Shown here: positions 28,606 through 36,858 of the stretch, one piece after another
Layout of the letters: every line of letters starts with the position of its first letter
Position numbering within the stretch: position 1 is the first letter of the stretch
Source of the DNA: Actinomycetota bacterium
Lineage (GTDB): Bacteria; Actinomycetota; UBA4738; HRBIN12
Direction: 5' to 3'
Length of the DNA: 43,675 nucleotides
NCBI GenBank assembly: GCA_038244455.1
Contig: JBBRTK010000003.1
Location: forward strand, 1-43,675
Program-made: the position numbers and the translations under genes
Notes under the pieces: model-generated
Database searches by the model: none
What the model was told of the DNA's origin: nothing
The model's input: the letters and a program-made list of their open reading frames with translations, nothing else

Positions 28606-30173
28606 TACTCGGCGAACCCCTTCGATCGTCCTTCGGGGACGGGCGGCAGCGGCGAGGGCCCCTTCACCGTCTTCAGGTGATCCTCGTAGAGATAGACCTG
28701 CGCCGGCAGCGCGAACGGCGCCTCCAGGTTCGTGATGATGGCCTCCCCGGGCATCAGCGTCTGGATCTCGGGCCCCAGGTCGGAGATGTCCTGCTTGGAG
28801 GATCCCCGCAGGATGTTGCGGTCCTTCTCATCGGCCAGCCCCAGGATGAAGAACGTGTTGAACTGGCTCAGGAGTTCGTCGTCGATGAGCTTGGGCTGCT
28901 GGCTGACCGCGCAGAGCCCGACCTTGAACTTCCGGCCCTCGCGGGCGACGCGGGGGAACACGTTCTCGTCCCCGCGTTGCACCCTGGACAGCACGCGCTG
29001 GGCCTCCTCGAGCGCGATCAGCGTTGGCGGCAGCGCTGCGAACGCCGCGCGGTCCTCCAGGAAGATCTGCCCGTAGGTGTCCAAGACCCGCCGGGTGATC
29101 ACCGAAGCCACGAGGATCTCCTCCATCGAGGAGAGCCCGCTGGTGTCCACCAGCACGGAGAGCCCGTTCATGAGTTCGTCGACGATGCGCGCGGACAGCG
29201 AGGGCTGGGACGGATCGCGGCTGATGCACGGCATGTCCAATATCCGCTGCGCGCGGCGTTGGATGACCTGCAACGTGCTGGAGGCAACGCCCAGCTCCTC
29301 GGCGAACTTCGGCACGTCGTCCTCCTCGCCCACGCGCGAGATCCATTCGTCGCCGTAGAAGCGGATGAGGCGATAGATCGCGTCCTCCTGCGCGTGGCTC
29401 CACTGATACGCGGTCTGCAGGTCCCCCAGCGTGAGCTCACCCAGGGAAAGCCGGAGCCCGGTGGCACCGGCGCCCGCCGCGCGCGTCGCGTAGACCTTCA
29501 GCCGGTCGGCCGCCCACGGATGGTCGCGCAGCCCCTTGCGAAGTCCGCTCCCCCCTTCCAGGTACTCCCCGTGCGGATCGAACAACAGACAGGCGTACCG
29601 GCCCGAGGAGGCCAGGACCTGCCCGGCGAGCACCTTCATGAGGTTGGACTTGCCCATGCCGGTGGTGGCGAAGACACCGACGTGACTGACCAGGGTCTCT
29701 CCCTTGATCCCCACCTCCAGATCGATCACGTCCTCACCGGAGCGGAGCTTGCCGATCCGGATATCCCCCATCTGTTCGGCCAGGAACGCGAAATCCTCCG
29801 GGCCGGGCGCCGTCACGCGCGCGAACTGCGCCGGAAGCGATTTCGGCTTACGGAACGCACCCGAGGTCCCGTCGATGTAGCCGAGCGGCTGACACTTCGC
29901 GACCTTGTACAGGCGCTGCTCAGGATCGTACAGCTCATACGGCGACTCGGCCCGGTCACCCGCCATGTAGGCGCCGGCGGTTCGTTCGGCCCAGGCGGGA
30001 TCGCTCGAATCCGACCCGTACGTCACGTCGATCGCCCGGAACAGGAAGCGGCGACCCCGCTCGGCGTCCTCCGCCACCAGCAGCTCGCCCAGGAACAGAT
30101 CCGTGCCGTAGTAGGCGCGGAACTGTGCTTCCAGCACGCTCTTGCCGAAGATCCGGCCTTTGTCCACGCTCAT
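28605..30173 (-). CDS. herA: HerA-family ATPase/helicase (HAS barrel + DUF87)
   Basis: N-terminal beta-barrel-like segment; HVGVFATTGMGKS Walker A, FDPHGEY, Walker B IALEEAQ, AREGRKFKVGLCAVSQQP, SQFNT. Confidence 0.88.
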   Translation of the reverse strand: MSVDKGRIFGKSVLEAQFRAYYGTDLFLGELLVAEDAERGRRFLFRAIDVTYGSDSSDPAWAERTAGAYMAGDRAESPYELYDPEQRLYKVAKCQPLGYIDGTSGAFRKPKSLPAQFARVTAPGPEDFAFLAEQMGDIRIGKLRSGEDVIDLEVGIKGETLVSHVGVFATTGMGKSNLMKVLAGQVLASSGRYACLLFDPHGEYLEGGSGLRKGLRDHPWAADRLKVYATRAAGAGATGLRLSLGELTLGDLQTAYQWSHAQEDAIYRLIRFYGDEWISRVGEEDDVPKFAEELGVASSTLQVIQRRAQRILDMPCISRDPSQPSLSARIVDELMNGLSVLVDTSGLSSMEEILVASVITRRVLDTYGQIFLEDRAAFAALPPTLIALEEAQRVLSRVQRGDENVFPRVAREGRKFKVGLCAVSQQPKLIDDELLSQFNTFFILGLADEKDRNILRGSSKQDISDLGPEIQTLMPGEAIITNLEAPFALPAQVYLYEDHLKTVKGPSPLPPVPEGRSKGFAE

Positions 30174-30175
30174 GG

Positions 30176-31252
30176 TCAGCTCCGATTCAAGATCTCGTGG
30201 AAGTCCTGGAACAGGACCTCGATGTCATCCTCGTGCATGCCTTCGCGCGTGAGCGCTTCGCGGAACGCGCGGCGCACATCCGCCACCGCGTAGCCGGTGA
30301 CGCGCGCAGCCTGATGGGCCCGCGCCAGCGGGTACGGATACCCGACGAACGCAGGATCCCCGGCGAGCCCCGCCAACCGGGAAAGGACCTCGCCGGGCTC
30401 CCCCGGCCCGCGCGCGATGTCCACACGGAACGCGTGCGCGGCGGTGGGCGCCAGGTGCGCGATGAAGATCTCCCCGACGTAGAGCCGGCCGAACACGGGA
30501 TCGGTGGAGATCCGGGCGGCCCAGCGGGAAGGCCCGACCTCGCGGTCGGCGCGGCGTTTGAGCAACGTGACCAACGGCGCGTTGCGTCCCCAGAACAGGG
30601 TGGAGGCCTTCACCACGCCAGCCAGGTGGACGCCGCGGGCCACCGCCGTCTCATGTGCCCGCCGCACCACCTCCGGGGGCACCAAGGGCCCCCCGTGCAA
30701 CGAGCCGTCGACCAGGACCAGGTCGCCGGACGCAGCCTCGTCGATGGTTCGGATGGTGGCCTTCCATTCCGCCCATCCCCGCAGCGCGTCGACCGGACGG
30801 GTTAGTTCCGGTAGCTGTCCGGGTTCTTCGCCGGTGAGTTCGCGCAGCGCCTCGCGCGCCAGGTCCGCAACCTCGTGCCGGGACACCGCCCGGATCTCGA
30901 GGGCGGGCGATTCGACCAGGTCGGTGGCGCCGCCCGCGAATCGCACCCTGGCCACCCGGAAAGCCGCCACCTGGAAGGAGCGAGCGTCGGCCACCAGGCA
31001 CGAACCGCCGTCCACCGCCCACACGACGCCGGGGTCTTCGACGGGCACCGGCTCGATACCGAACGCGTCCGGGTGGCCCGGGACCACCACGTCTTCTCCC
31101 AGTTCGAGCTGCCCGTCCACGATCCGGATGTCGCCTCCGGGGTCGCGCAACAGGTCCACCACGAAGGCTGCAGCCTGATTCAGCTGATCCCCGCGAACCC
31201 GGTCGGCGCCGACCAGACGGTCGGCCTCCACGGGGTCCAGCGCGCTCGACAT
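30176..31252 (-). CDS. nurA: NurA-family 5'-3' nuclease
   Basis: VWAVDGGS, LVLVDGSL, GVVKAST and GYPYPLARAH motifs; immediately upstream of herA. Confidence 0.85.
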   Translation of the reverse strand: MSSALDPVEADRLVGADRVRGDQLNQAAAFVVDLLRDPGGDIRIVDGQLELGEDVVVPGHPDAFGIEPVPVEDPGVVWAVDGGSCLVADARSFQVAAFRVARVRFAGGATDLVESPALEIRAVSRHEVADLAREALRELTGEEPGQLPELTRPVDALRGWAEWKATIRTIDEAASGDLVLVDGSLHGGPLVPPEVVRRAHETAVARGVHLAGVVKASTLFWGRNAPLVTLLKRRADREVGPSRWAARISTDPVFGRLYVGEIFIAHLAPTAAHAFRVDIARGPGEPGEVLSRLAGLAGDPAFVGYPYPLARAHQAARVTGYAVADVRRAFREALTREGMHEDDIEVLFQDFHEILNRS

Positions 31253-31258
31253 GGGCGA

Positions 31259-31280
31259 AGGATACCCACCCTCGCCGACG
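31259..31280 (-). promoter_or_regulatory. PafBC/RecA-NDp-type promoter for a leaderless nurA operon
   Basis: Minus strand reads CGTCGG-cgagggtggg(N10)-TATCCT-6 nt-ATG, versus consensus TGTCGG-N10-TANNNT (one mismatch). Confidence 0.6.
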
Positions 31281-31308
31281 TGATCCCAAGGCCATGAGCC
31301 GTTCGGAC

Positions 31309-31344
31309 CAGTCCCTCTTGACTAGAAGCAGTCCCCAGGGACTG
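31309..31344. repeat. CAGTCCC direct repeat plus inverted repeat CAGTCCC-CA-GGGACTG
   Basis: CAGTCCC at 31309-31315 and 31329-31335; its reverse complement GGGACTG at 31338-31344. Confidence 0.55.
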
Positions 31345-31370
31345 AAGGTTCGGCGGGTAGATGCCGATAG
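31343..31370 (+). promoter_or_regulatory. sigma28 (FliA/WhiG)-like promoter
   Basis: TGAA-N16-GCCGATAG versus consensus TAAA-N15/16-GCCGATAA, 47 nt before the RBS-preceded ATG at 31418. Confidence 0.5.
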
Positions 31371-31417
31371 GCAGGGGATAGAACGGGATCAGCGGTCAAG
31401 GACAAGAGGGGGATCTC

Positions 31418-34400
31418 ATGAGCCGGCCGAGGAACGCTTCACGCATCGCGCGCGTACCGTTGTTCGCGCTGGTCGTGCTGCTCGCCGGCGGCTCGATCGG
31501 TTCGATCGTGATGGCCGGCCGCGCTCGCGCCCACGCACAAGAGGCGATGGTCACCCAGGCCCGATCCGCCGTTGAGAACACGCTGTCCAGCATCTTCAGC
31601 GACAACGACCTGAGGACCATGTCCTCGCCCACGCGCGCCGCCACGCTGAACACCGAACTCTCCGTGGCGCTGGGCGCAACAGCCGTCTCCGACGTGACCC
31701 TCTACAGCTCGATGGGCGCGATCTTGTACGACATCCAGAACTCACGCATCGGCAACAAGCTCCTGGGCGAGCGGCTCGCGATCAAAACCGCCACCCACGG
31801 CGGCGCGGTCCCGACAATCGTCGGCACCGACCTCACCGTGATGCTCCCGATCCAGCGGTTCGGCACCCTGGGCGCGGTCATGCTGACGATGCCGCAGGCG
31901 CCGATCGATGCTGCGGGCCGCCCATGGACGGCGGCCGGGCTGATCATGGCGCTCTGCATCCTGCCGGCGCTGTTCATGCTGTGGTGGGTCGGACGCATCG
32001 CGGCCGCCTCGGGCGCGAACATCAGCTTCCGCCTCCAGCAGATGACCTCGGCTCCCTCGCGCCGGGAACAGACGCGTCCGTCCCCTGCCCCGGCGATGCA
32101 GCATGGGTTGAAGGAGGAAGGCGACGCGCGGAGGATGTCAGAGGAACGCGCCCGGGCCGCAGAGGAGCGCTTGAGCGTGCTCCAGGAGCAGTACCGCAAG
32201 ACCCTTGCCGACCTGCATGCCTCGAAGGAAACGCCACCACCGGCAACGGGGAGCAAGGCGCTCGAGGAACGCGCGCTCCAGGCCGAGGGGAAGCTCCGCC
32301 TCTTGGAGGGGCAGCTTCGCGCGGTCAGCGACGAACGCGACAAGATGGAGGAAGAGCTCCGCCTCACTCCCGCCGCCGCACCCGGAGAACCCGACCCGCG
32401 ACTGAAGACGGAGTACGAACGGATGGAAACCGAACTGGTCGGCGTTCGAGCGGAGCTGGAGGGAACGCAGACCGAACTCTCAGCCGCCAACCGAGAGCTC
32501 ACCGACCTGCTCTCCACGGTGGGCCGCGCTGAAGGGGACAAGGCCGACCGGATCCGCGACCTCGAGCAGGACCTGGATGCGGCACATGTGCAGATCCTGA
32601 CCACCCAGGAAGCGCTCGAGGCGGCGCGCGCCGAAGCCGACCAGGTCCAAGGACGAGCGGGGTCGGCGCAGACCGAGCTGGGATCGTTGCGTGAGGCCCA
32701 CGACCAGGCTGTCCGAGACAGGGACGCCGCCATCCTCTCCTCCCGCGAAGAGTCAGAGAGCCTGCACCGCGAACTGGATGCGCTGAGCGCGAGCGCCGGG
32801 GGAGAAACCGAAGCGGTTCGCGCACAAGCCGCGGAGGCCCGAGCGGCGCTCACGGCCCAAACCGAACGCATCCGGGAACTGCAGCAGCAGCTGGATGCCG
32901 CGCGGTCGGAGATCCTTCGCGCCGAGGAGACGGGCAACGCCGCCGGCGCGCACGCGGAAACCACCCGCACCGAGCTCGAGGCAACCCGCAAAGAGCTGCG
33001 CGCCCTGCGGAACGAAGAGCAGCGCGCGGCGATGCTGGAGGACGAGCTGCGCGCCACCCGCGCCGAGCTCGAGAACACCCAGGCTTCTCAATTGGCCGAA
33101 CTCGCGGAGCGAGACGCGGATCTCGAGGGCCGGGTTCGCCGGACCCGAGAGGAGTTCCAGGCCGTGATCGGTGAGAGGGACGTGCAGTTCGCCGCCAGCC
33201 AGAACGAACTCGGGTCGGCCCGGTCCGAACTGGGCCAGATCCGTATGGAGGCCTCCGCTGCGGCGAACGAGGCCCAAGCCCAGACCGCGCGCGCCGATGA
33301 TCTGGCCGGGCAAGCCGAGCGAGCCGAACGCGAGCTCCACGCGCAGCAGACCGTAGTCCGCAAGACCGCCGCCGACCTCCAGGAGGCCGTGGAAGCCAAC
33401 GCGGACCTGGCGCGCAAGCTCCAGGATCTGGAGAACCGCCGTCAGCTCGAGCTCGCCGACGAAGAGGGTCATCTGAAGATGGACCAGATCCTCTACGCCA
33501 CGCAGGAGCGCCTGGCCGGACAGACCGAACGGCTCATCGAGACGGAGGAACGCGCCCACGAAGCGGAGCGCTCGGTGGAGATCCTGAACGAGCGTCTGGA
33601 CGAGACGCTGTCGCAGCTGCGCGCCCTGCAGATGGCCGATGCGCTCCGCGACCTGCGGGGCGAGGAGCACGCCCAGCACGAGGCAGCCGCGGAGGCAGGC
33701 GCCATTGAGGATGAGGTGGTCCGACTCGAAGACCGCCGAGCGTCCTCGCCCTTCCTGAAGGAACTCACGCTGGATGCAAGGAAGTCGCTCACGCAGATCC
33801 TGGGGATCACGCAGATCCTGAAGTTCAAGAAGGATGCGAAGGACCAGGCGCAGCTGGTGAAGCAGCTCACGGCCTATGCGCGGCGCCTGGACCTGACCGT
33901 GAGCGATCTGGCCGACGCCGACAAGCTTGCACGCGGTTCGGTCGAACTCACGGTTCGCCGGACAGACCTGGAAGCCTTGGTCCAGCGCGTCGTCGAGGAA
34001 TCCGACGTGAGCGCGGACCACGACGTCCGCGTGGTCACGGAATCGGTGGTGTGCGGGGTGGATCAGCTGCGCACGGAGCAGGCGCTCGCCGGGCTCCTGC
34101 GTTCGAGCGCGGATCGCACACCCCAGGGAAAGTCCATCCTGGTCACGCTTCAGCAGGTCGAAGGTGGCGCGCTGATCTCCGTCGGCGACCCGGAGCCGTC
34201 CTCGGACGGCTCGCTGTCGCCGGTGGTCAGGCGATTCGCAGAGATCCAGGGCGGATGGGCCAAGGTGGATACGCGCGAGGACGGAACCGGTTCGATGTTC
34301 CGGATCTTCCTCCCCGACGGTGGGAGCAACAGCGCCGGGGCCGACCTTCGGATCGTCGTCAACGACGCCGGCCAAGGCGACTCGGAGGATGCCCCCTGGA

Positions 34401-34459
34401 ACGATGACGATCAGGACATGTTGGTCCGGGAGATCGGCCGTCTGGCGGAGCCGAGCTAG
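31418..34459 (+). CDS. Membrane-anchored long coiled-coil protein with degenerate histidine kinase (HisKA/HATPase) C-terminus
   Basis: Two TM helices flank a ~140-aa extracytoplasmic domain; ~550 aa of E/A/R/L/Q-rich heptads; C-terminal FLKELTLDARKSLTQILG...TDLEALVQRVVEE...EQALAGLLRSSADRTP...ISVGD...QGGWAKV...GSMFRIFLP. Confidence 0.8.
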   Translation: MSRPRNASRIARVPLFALVVLLAGGSIGSIVMAGRARAHAQEAMVTQARSAVENTLSSIFSDNDLRTMSSPTRAATLNTELSVALGATAVSDVTLYSSMGAILYDIQNSRIGNKLLGERLAIKTATHGGAVPTIVGTDLTVMLPIQRFGTLGAVMLTMPQAPIDAAGRPWTAAGLIMALCILPALFMLWWVGRIAAASGANISFRLQQMTSAPSRREQTRPSPAPAMQHGLKEEGDARRMSEERARAAEERLSVLQEQYRKTLADLHASKETPPPATGSKALEERALQAEGKLRLLEGQLRAVSDERDKMEEELRLTPAAAPGEPDPRLKTEYERMETELVGVRAELEGTQTELSAANRELTDLLSTVGRAEGDKADRIRDLEQDLDAAHVQILTTQEALEAARAEADQVQGRAGSAQTELGSLREAHDQAVRDRDAAILSSREESESLHRELDALSASAGGETEAVRAQAAEARAALTAQTERIRELQQQLDAARSEILRAEETGNAAGAHAETTRTELEATRKELRALRNEEQRAAMLEDELRATRAELENTQASQLAELAERDADLEGRVRRTREEFQAVIGERDVQFAASQNELGSARSELGQIRMEASAAANEAQAQTARADDLAGQAERAERELHAQQTVVRKTAADLQEAVEANADLARKLQDLENRRQLELADEEGHLKMDQILYATQERLAGQTERLIETEERAHEAERSVEILNERLDETLSQLRALQMADALRDLRGEEHAQHEAAAEAGAIEDEVVRLEDRRASSPFLKELTLDARKSLTQILGITQILKFKKDAKDQAQLVKQLTAYARRLDLTVSDLADADKLARGSVELTVRRTDLEALVQRVVEESDVSADHDVRVVTESVVCGVDQLRTEQALAGLLRSSADRTPQGKSILVTLQQVEGGALISVGDPEPSSDGSLSPVVRRFAEIQGGWAKVDTREDGTGSMFRIFLPDGGSNSAGADLRIVVNDAGQGDSEDAPWNDDDQDMLVREIGRLAEPS

Positions 34460-34462
34460 CCG

Positions 34463-35629
34463 CTACCCCAGGGACTTCAGCAGCTCACGGGCGATGACCA
34501 ACCGCTGGATCTGGTTCGTGCCCTCATAGATCTGCGTGATCTTCGCGTCGCGCATGTAACGCTCGGCCGGATACTCGCGCATGTAGCCGTTGCCGCCCAG
34601 GACCTGCACGGCGTCGGTGGTGACCGCCATCGCGTTATCTGAGGCGACGCATTTGGCGACCGACGCATGGAACGTCGTGCGCGGATCGCCAGCATCGCAC
34701 GCTGCCAGCGCCCGGTAGGTGAGCACCCGCGCCGCCTCCACCTTCATCGCCATATCCGCCAGCAGGAACGAGACCCCTTCGAACTCCATCAGCTTCTTGC
34801 CGAACTGGGAACGTTCGTTCGCGTAGGCCAGGGCCAGGTCCAGCGCTCCCTGGGCGATCCCCACCGCCTGGGCGGCGATAGCCGGACGGGAATAGTCCAG
34901 GGTCCGCATGGCGATAGCGAACCCGCCGCCCTCCTGGCCGATGAGTCGATCGGCCGGGATGCGGACATCCGCCAGCACGACCTCCCGTGTAGGCGAGCCG
35001 TGGATCCCCATCTTGTGTTCGGCCGGGCCGAAGCTCACGCCGAGGTCCTCACGCCCGACCAGGAAGGCGCTGATCCCTTTGGTGCGCAGGGTCGGGTCGC
35101 TGGTTGCGAACACGACGTAGGTGTGGCTCACGCCCGCACCGGTGATGAAGCGCTTCGTCCCGTTGAGGGTGAAGATCCCGGCGTCGTCGCGCACGTATCG
35201 CGTGGCGAGCGCGCCGGCGTCCGAGCCGGCATCGGGTTCGGTCAGGGCATAGGACATCAGCAGCTCGCCGCGCGCGATGGCCGACGTATGCGTTCGTCGC
35301 TGCTCATCGGTGCCCGCCACCATCAGCGGGACCACGCCGAGCTTGCTCACGATCGGCGTGAGCGCGACACCTGCTGAGACCCTCGACAGCTCCTCGATGA
35401 ACACCCCGAACGCCAACTGACCGCCGCCCGAACCGCCGTCCTCCTCGGGATAGCCCACGCCCATGAGGTCGTTGTCCACCAGCACTCGGTAGACATCCTC
35501 GGGCCATTCGTCCAGGGCATCGATCTCCGCGGCGCGCGGCGCGATCTTCGCCGCGAACAGCGCCCTGATGACCGAACGGAACTCCTCGAGTTCTTCCGGG
35601 AGTTCGTAGGGACGATCCAGCGCGGACAC
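34463..35629 (-). CDS. Acyl-CoA dehydrogenase (short-chain/butyryl-CoA type)
   Basis: YALTEPDAGSD, NGTKRFIT, KMGIHGS, QVLGGNGY, RDAKITQIYEGTNQIQR. Confidence 0.92.
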   Translation of the reverse strand: MSALDRPYELPEELEEFRSVIRALFAAKIAPRAAEIDALDEWPEDVYRVLVDNDLMGVGYPEEDGGSGGGQLAFGVFIEELSRVSAGVALTPIVSKLGVVPLMVAGTDEQRRTHTSAIARGELLMSYALTEPDAGSDAGALATRYVRDDAGIFTLNGTKRFITGAGVSHTYVVFATSDPTLRTKGISAFLVGREDLGVSFGPAEHKMGIHGSPTREVVLADVRIPADRLIGQEGGGFAIAMRTLDYSRPAIAAQAVGIAQGALDLALAYANERSQFGKKLMEFEGVSFLLADMAMKVEAARVLTYRALAACDAGDPRTTFHASVAKCVASDNAMAVTTDAVQVLGGNGYMREYPAERYMRDAKITQIYEGTNQIQRLVIARELLKSLG

Positions 35630-35634
35630 GGCCT

Positions 35635-36819
35635 TCAGCTCACGGCCCGAAGGATCAAGGCGTCGCCCTGCCCGCCGCCGCCGCAGATGGCGGCGGCCCC
35701 GAACTCGATGCCGCGCCGGCGTTGCTCCATCGCCAGGGTGAGAACGATCCGCGCGCCGCTGGCACCGATCGGATGCCCGAGCGCCACCGCGCCGCCGTTC
35801 ACGTTCACGATGTCTTCCGGGACGCCGAGCATCCGCGCGGAGTGGATCGGCACCGCGGCGAATGCCTCGTTGATCTCCAAGAGCCCTAGGTCCCCGGCAG
35901 CCAGCCCGCCGCGCTTCAGCGCTCGCTCGGTGGCGATCCCCGGAACCGTGTGAAGCGAGGCGTACCGGTCGGCGCTCATGCCGTAGGCGACGATCTCGGC
36001 CAGCGGCTCGAGCCCCAGCTCCCGGGCTTTCGTCTGGCTCATGACCACCACTGCGGCCCCGCCGTCGCTGATCTGCGAGGCGTTCCCGGCGGTCACGGTT
36101 CCTCCCGGGGTGAACGCGGGTTCCAGCCGCGCGAGCCCTTCAACCGTGGTGTCGGCGCGGATCCCCTCGTCCCGGCTGAACGCGACCGGCTCCCCTTTGC
36201 GCTGGGGAACCTGCACCGCGACGACCTCCTGGCCCATGCGGTCGGACTCCCAGGCTGCCTGCGCACGCTGGTGCGATCGCTCGGACCACGCGTCCTGCGC
36301 CTCGCGGCTCACCCCCAGCTCGGCGCTGATCTGGTCGGTCCCCTGGCCCATGTGCCGGTCGTCGAACGCGCACCAGAGCCCGTCGTGGATCATCGAATCC
36401 AGCATCTCCGCGTTCCCCAGGCGGCTTCCCTGCCGGGCCTTCGGGATGACGTAGGGCGCGTTGGTCATGGACTCCATCCCACCCGCGACCACGACGTCCA
36501 GGTCCCCGGCGCGGATCATCTGATCGGCCAGGGCGATGGCAGCCAGCCCGGAGGGACACACCTTGTTCACCGTGAGGGCGGGGACCTCCTTCGGGATGCC
36601 GGCGGCCACGGCGGCCTGCCGGGCTGTGATCTGACCCTGCCCGGCCTGCAGGACGTGACCCATGATCGTGTACTCGACCTGCTCGGGGGCGACGCCGGCA
36701 CGGATCAGCGCCTCTCGGATGGCCGCCGCTCCCAGATCGACCGCGCGCAGGGGCGCCAACCCGCCGTTGAACTTCCCGATGGGCGTCCGCGCACCCGCCA
36801 CGATCACCGAACGCGTCAT
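35635..36819 (-). CDS. Acetyl-CoA C-acetyltransferase (thiolase)
   Basis: ARTPIGK, NKVCPSG, GGMESM, NASQISDG, EINEAF, GHPIGASG, AICGGGG; start 7 nt after TAGACT. Confidence 0.93.
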   Translation of the reverse strand: MTRSVIVAGARTPIGKFNGGLAPLRAVDLGAAAIREALIRAGVAPEQVEYTIMGHVLQAGQGQITARQAAVAAGIPKEVPALTVNKVCPSGLAAIALADQMIRAGDLDVVVAGGMESMTNAPYVIPKARQGSRLGNAEMLDSMIHDGLWCAFDDRHMGQGTDQISAELGVSREAQDAWSERSHQRAQAAWESDRMGQEVVAVQVPQRKGEPVAFSRDEGIRADTTVEGLARLEPAFTPGGTVTAGNASQISDGGAAVVVMSQTKARELGLEPLAEIVAYGMSADRYASLHTVPGIATERALKRGGLAAGDLGLLEINEAFAAVPIHSARMLGVPEDIVNVNGGAVALGHPIGASGARIVLTLAMEQRRRGIEFGAAAICGGGGQGDALILRAVS

Positions 36820-36858
36820 GCCGATGAGTCTATCCCGGGCGGCCACCGAGCCCACGAT

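Noticed and set aside
25187-31252. Anti-phage/anti-plasmid system (Sir2-HerA, Lamassu, Wadjet) reading of the HerA + SMC + nuclease genes
   Set aside because: The partners carry NurA and Mre11 motifs, the SMC has a Rad50 zinc hook, the context is housekeeping with no defence-island or mobility genes, and the promoter looks damage-inducible. A defence role is not strictly excluded.
31418-34459. Calling the 1013-aa protein an SMC/Rad50 partner or an active sensor kinase
   Set aside because: It has no Walker motifs or hinge/hook, and the kinase His, Asn and DxG residues are absent.
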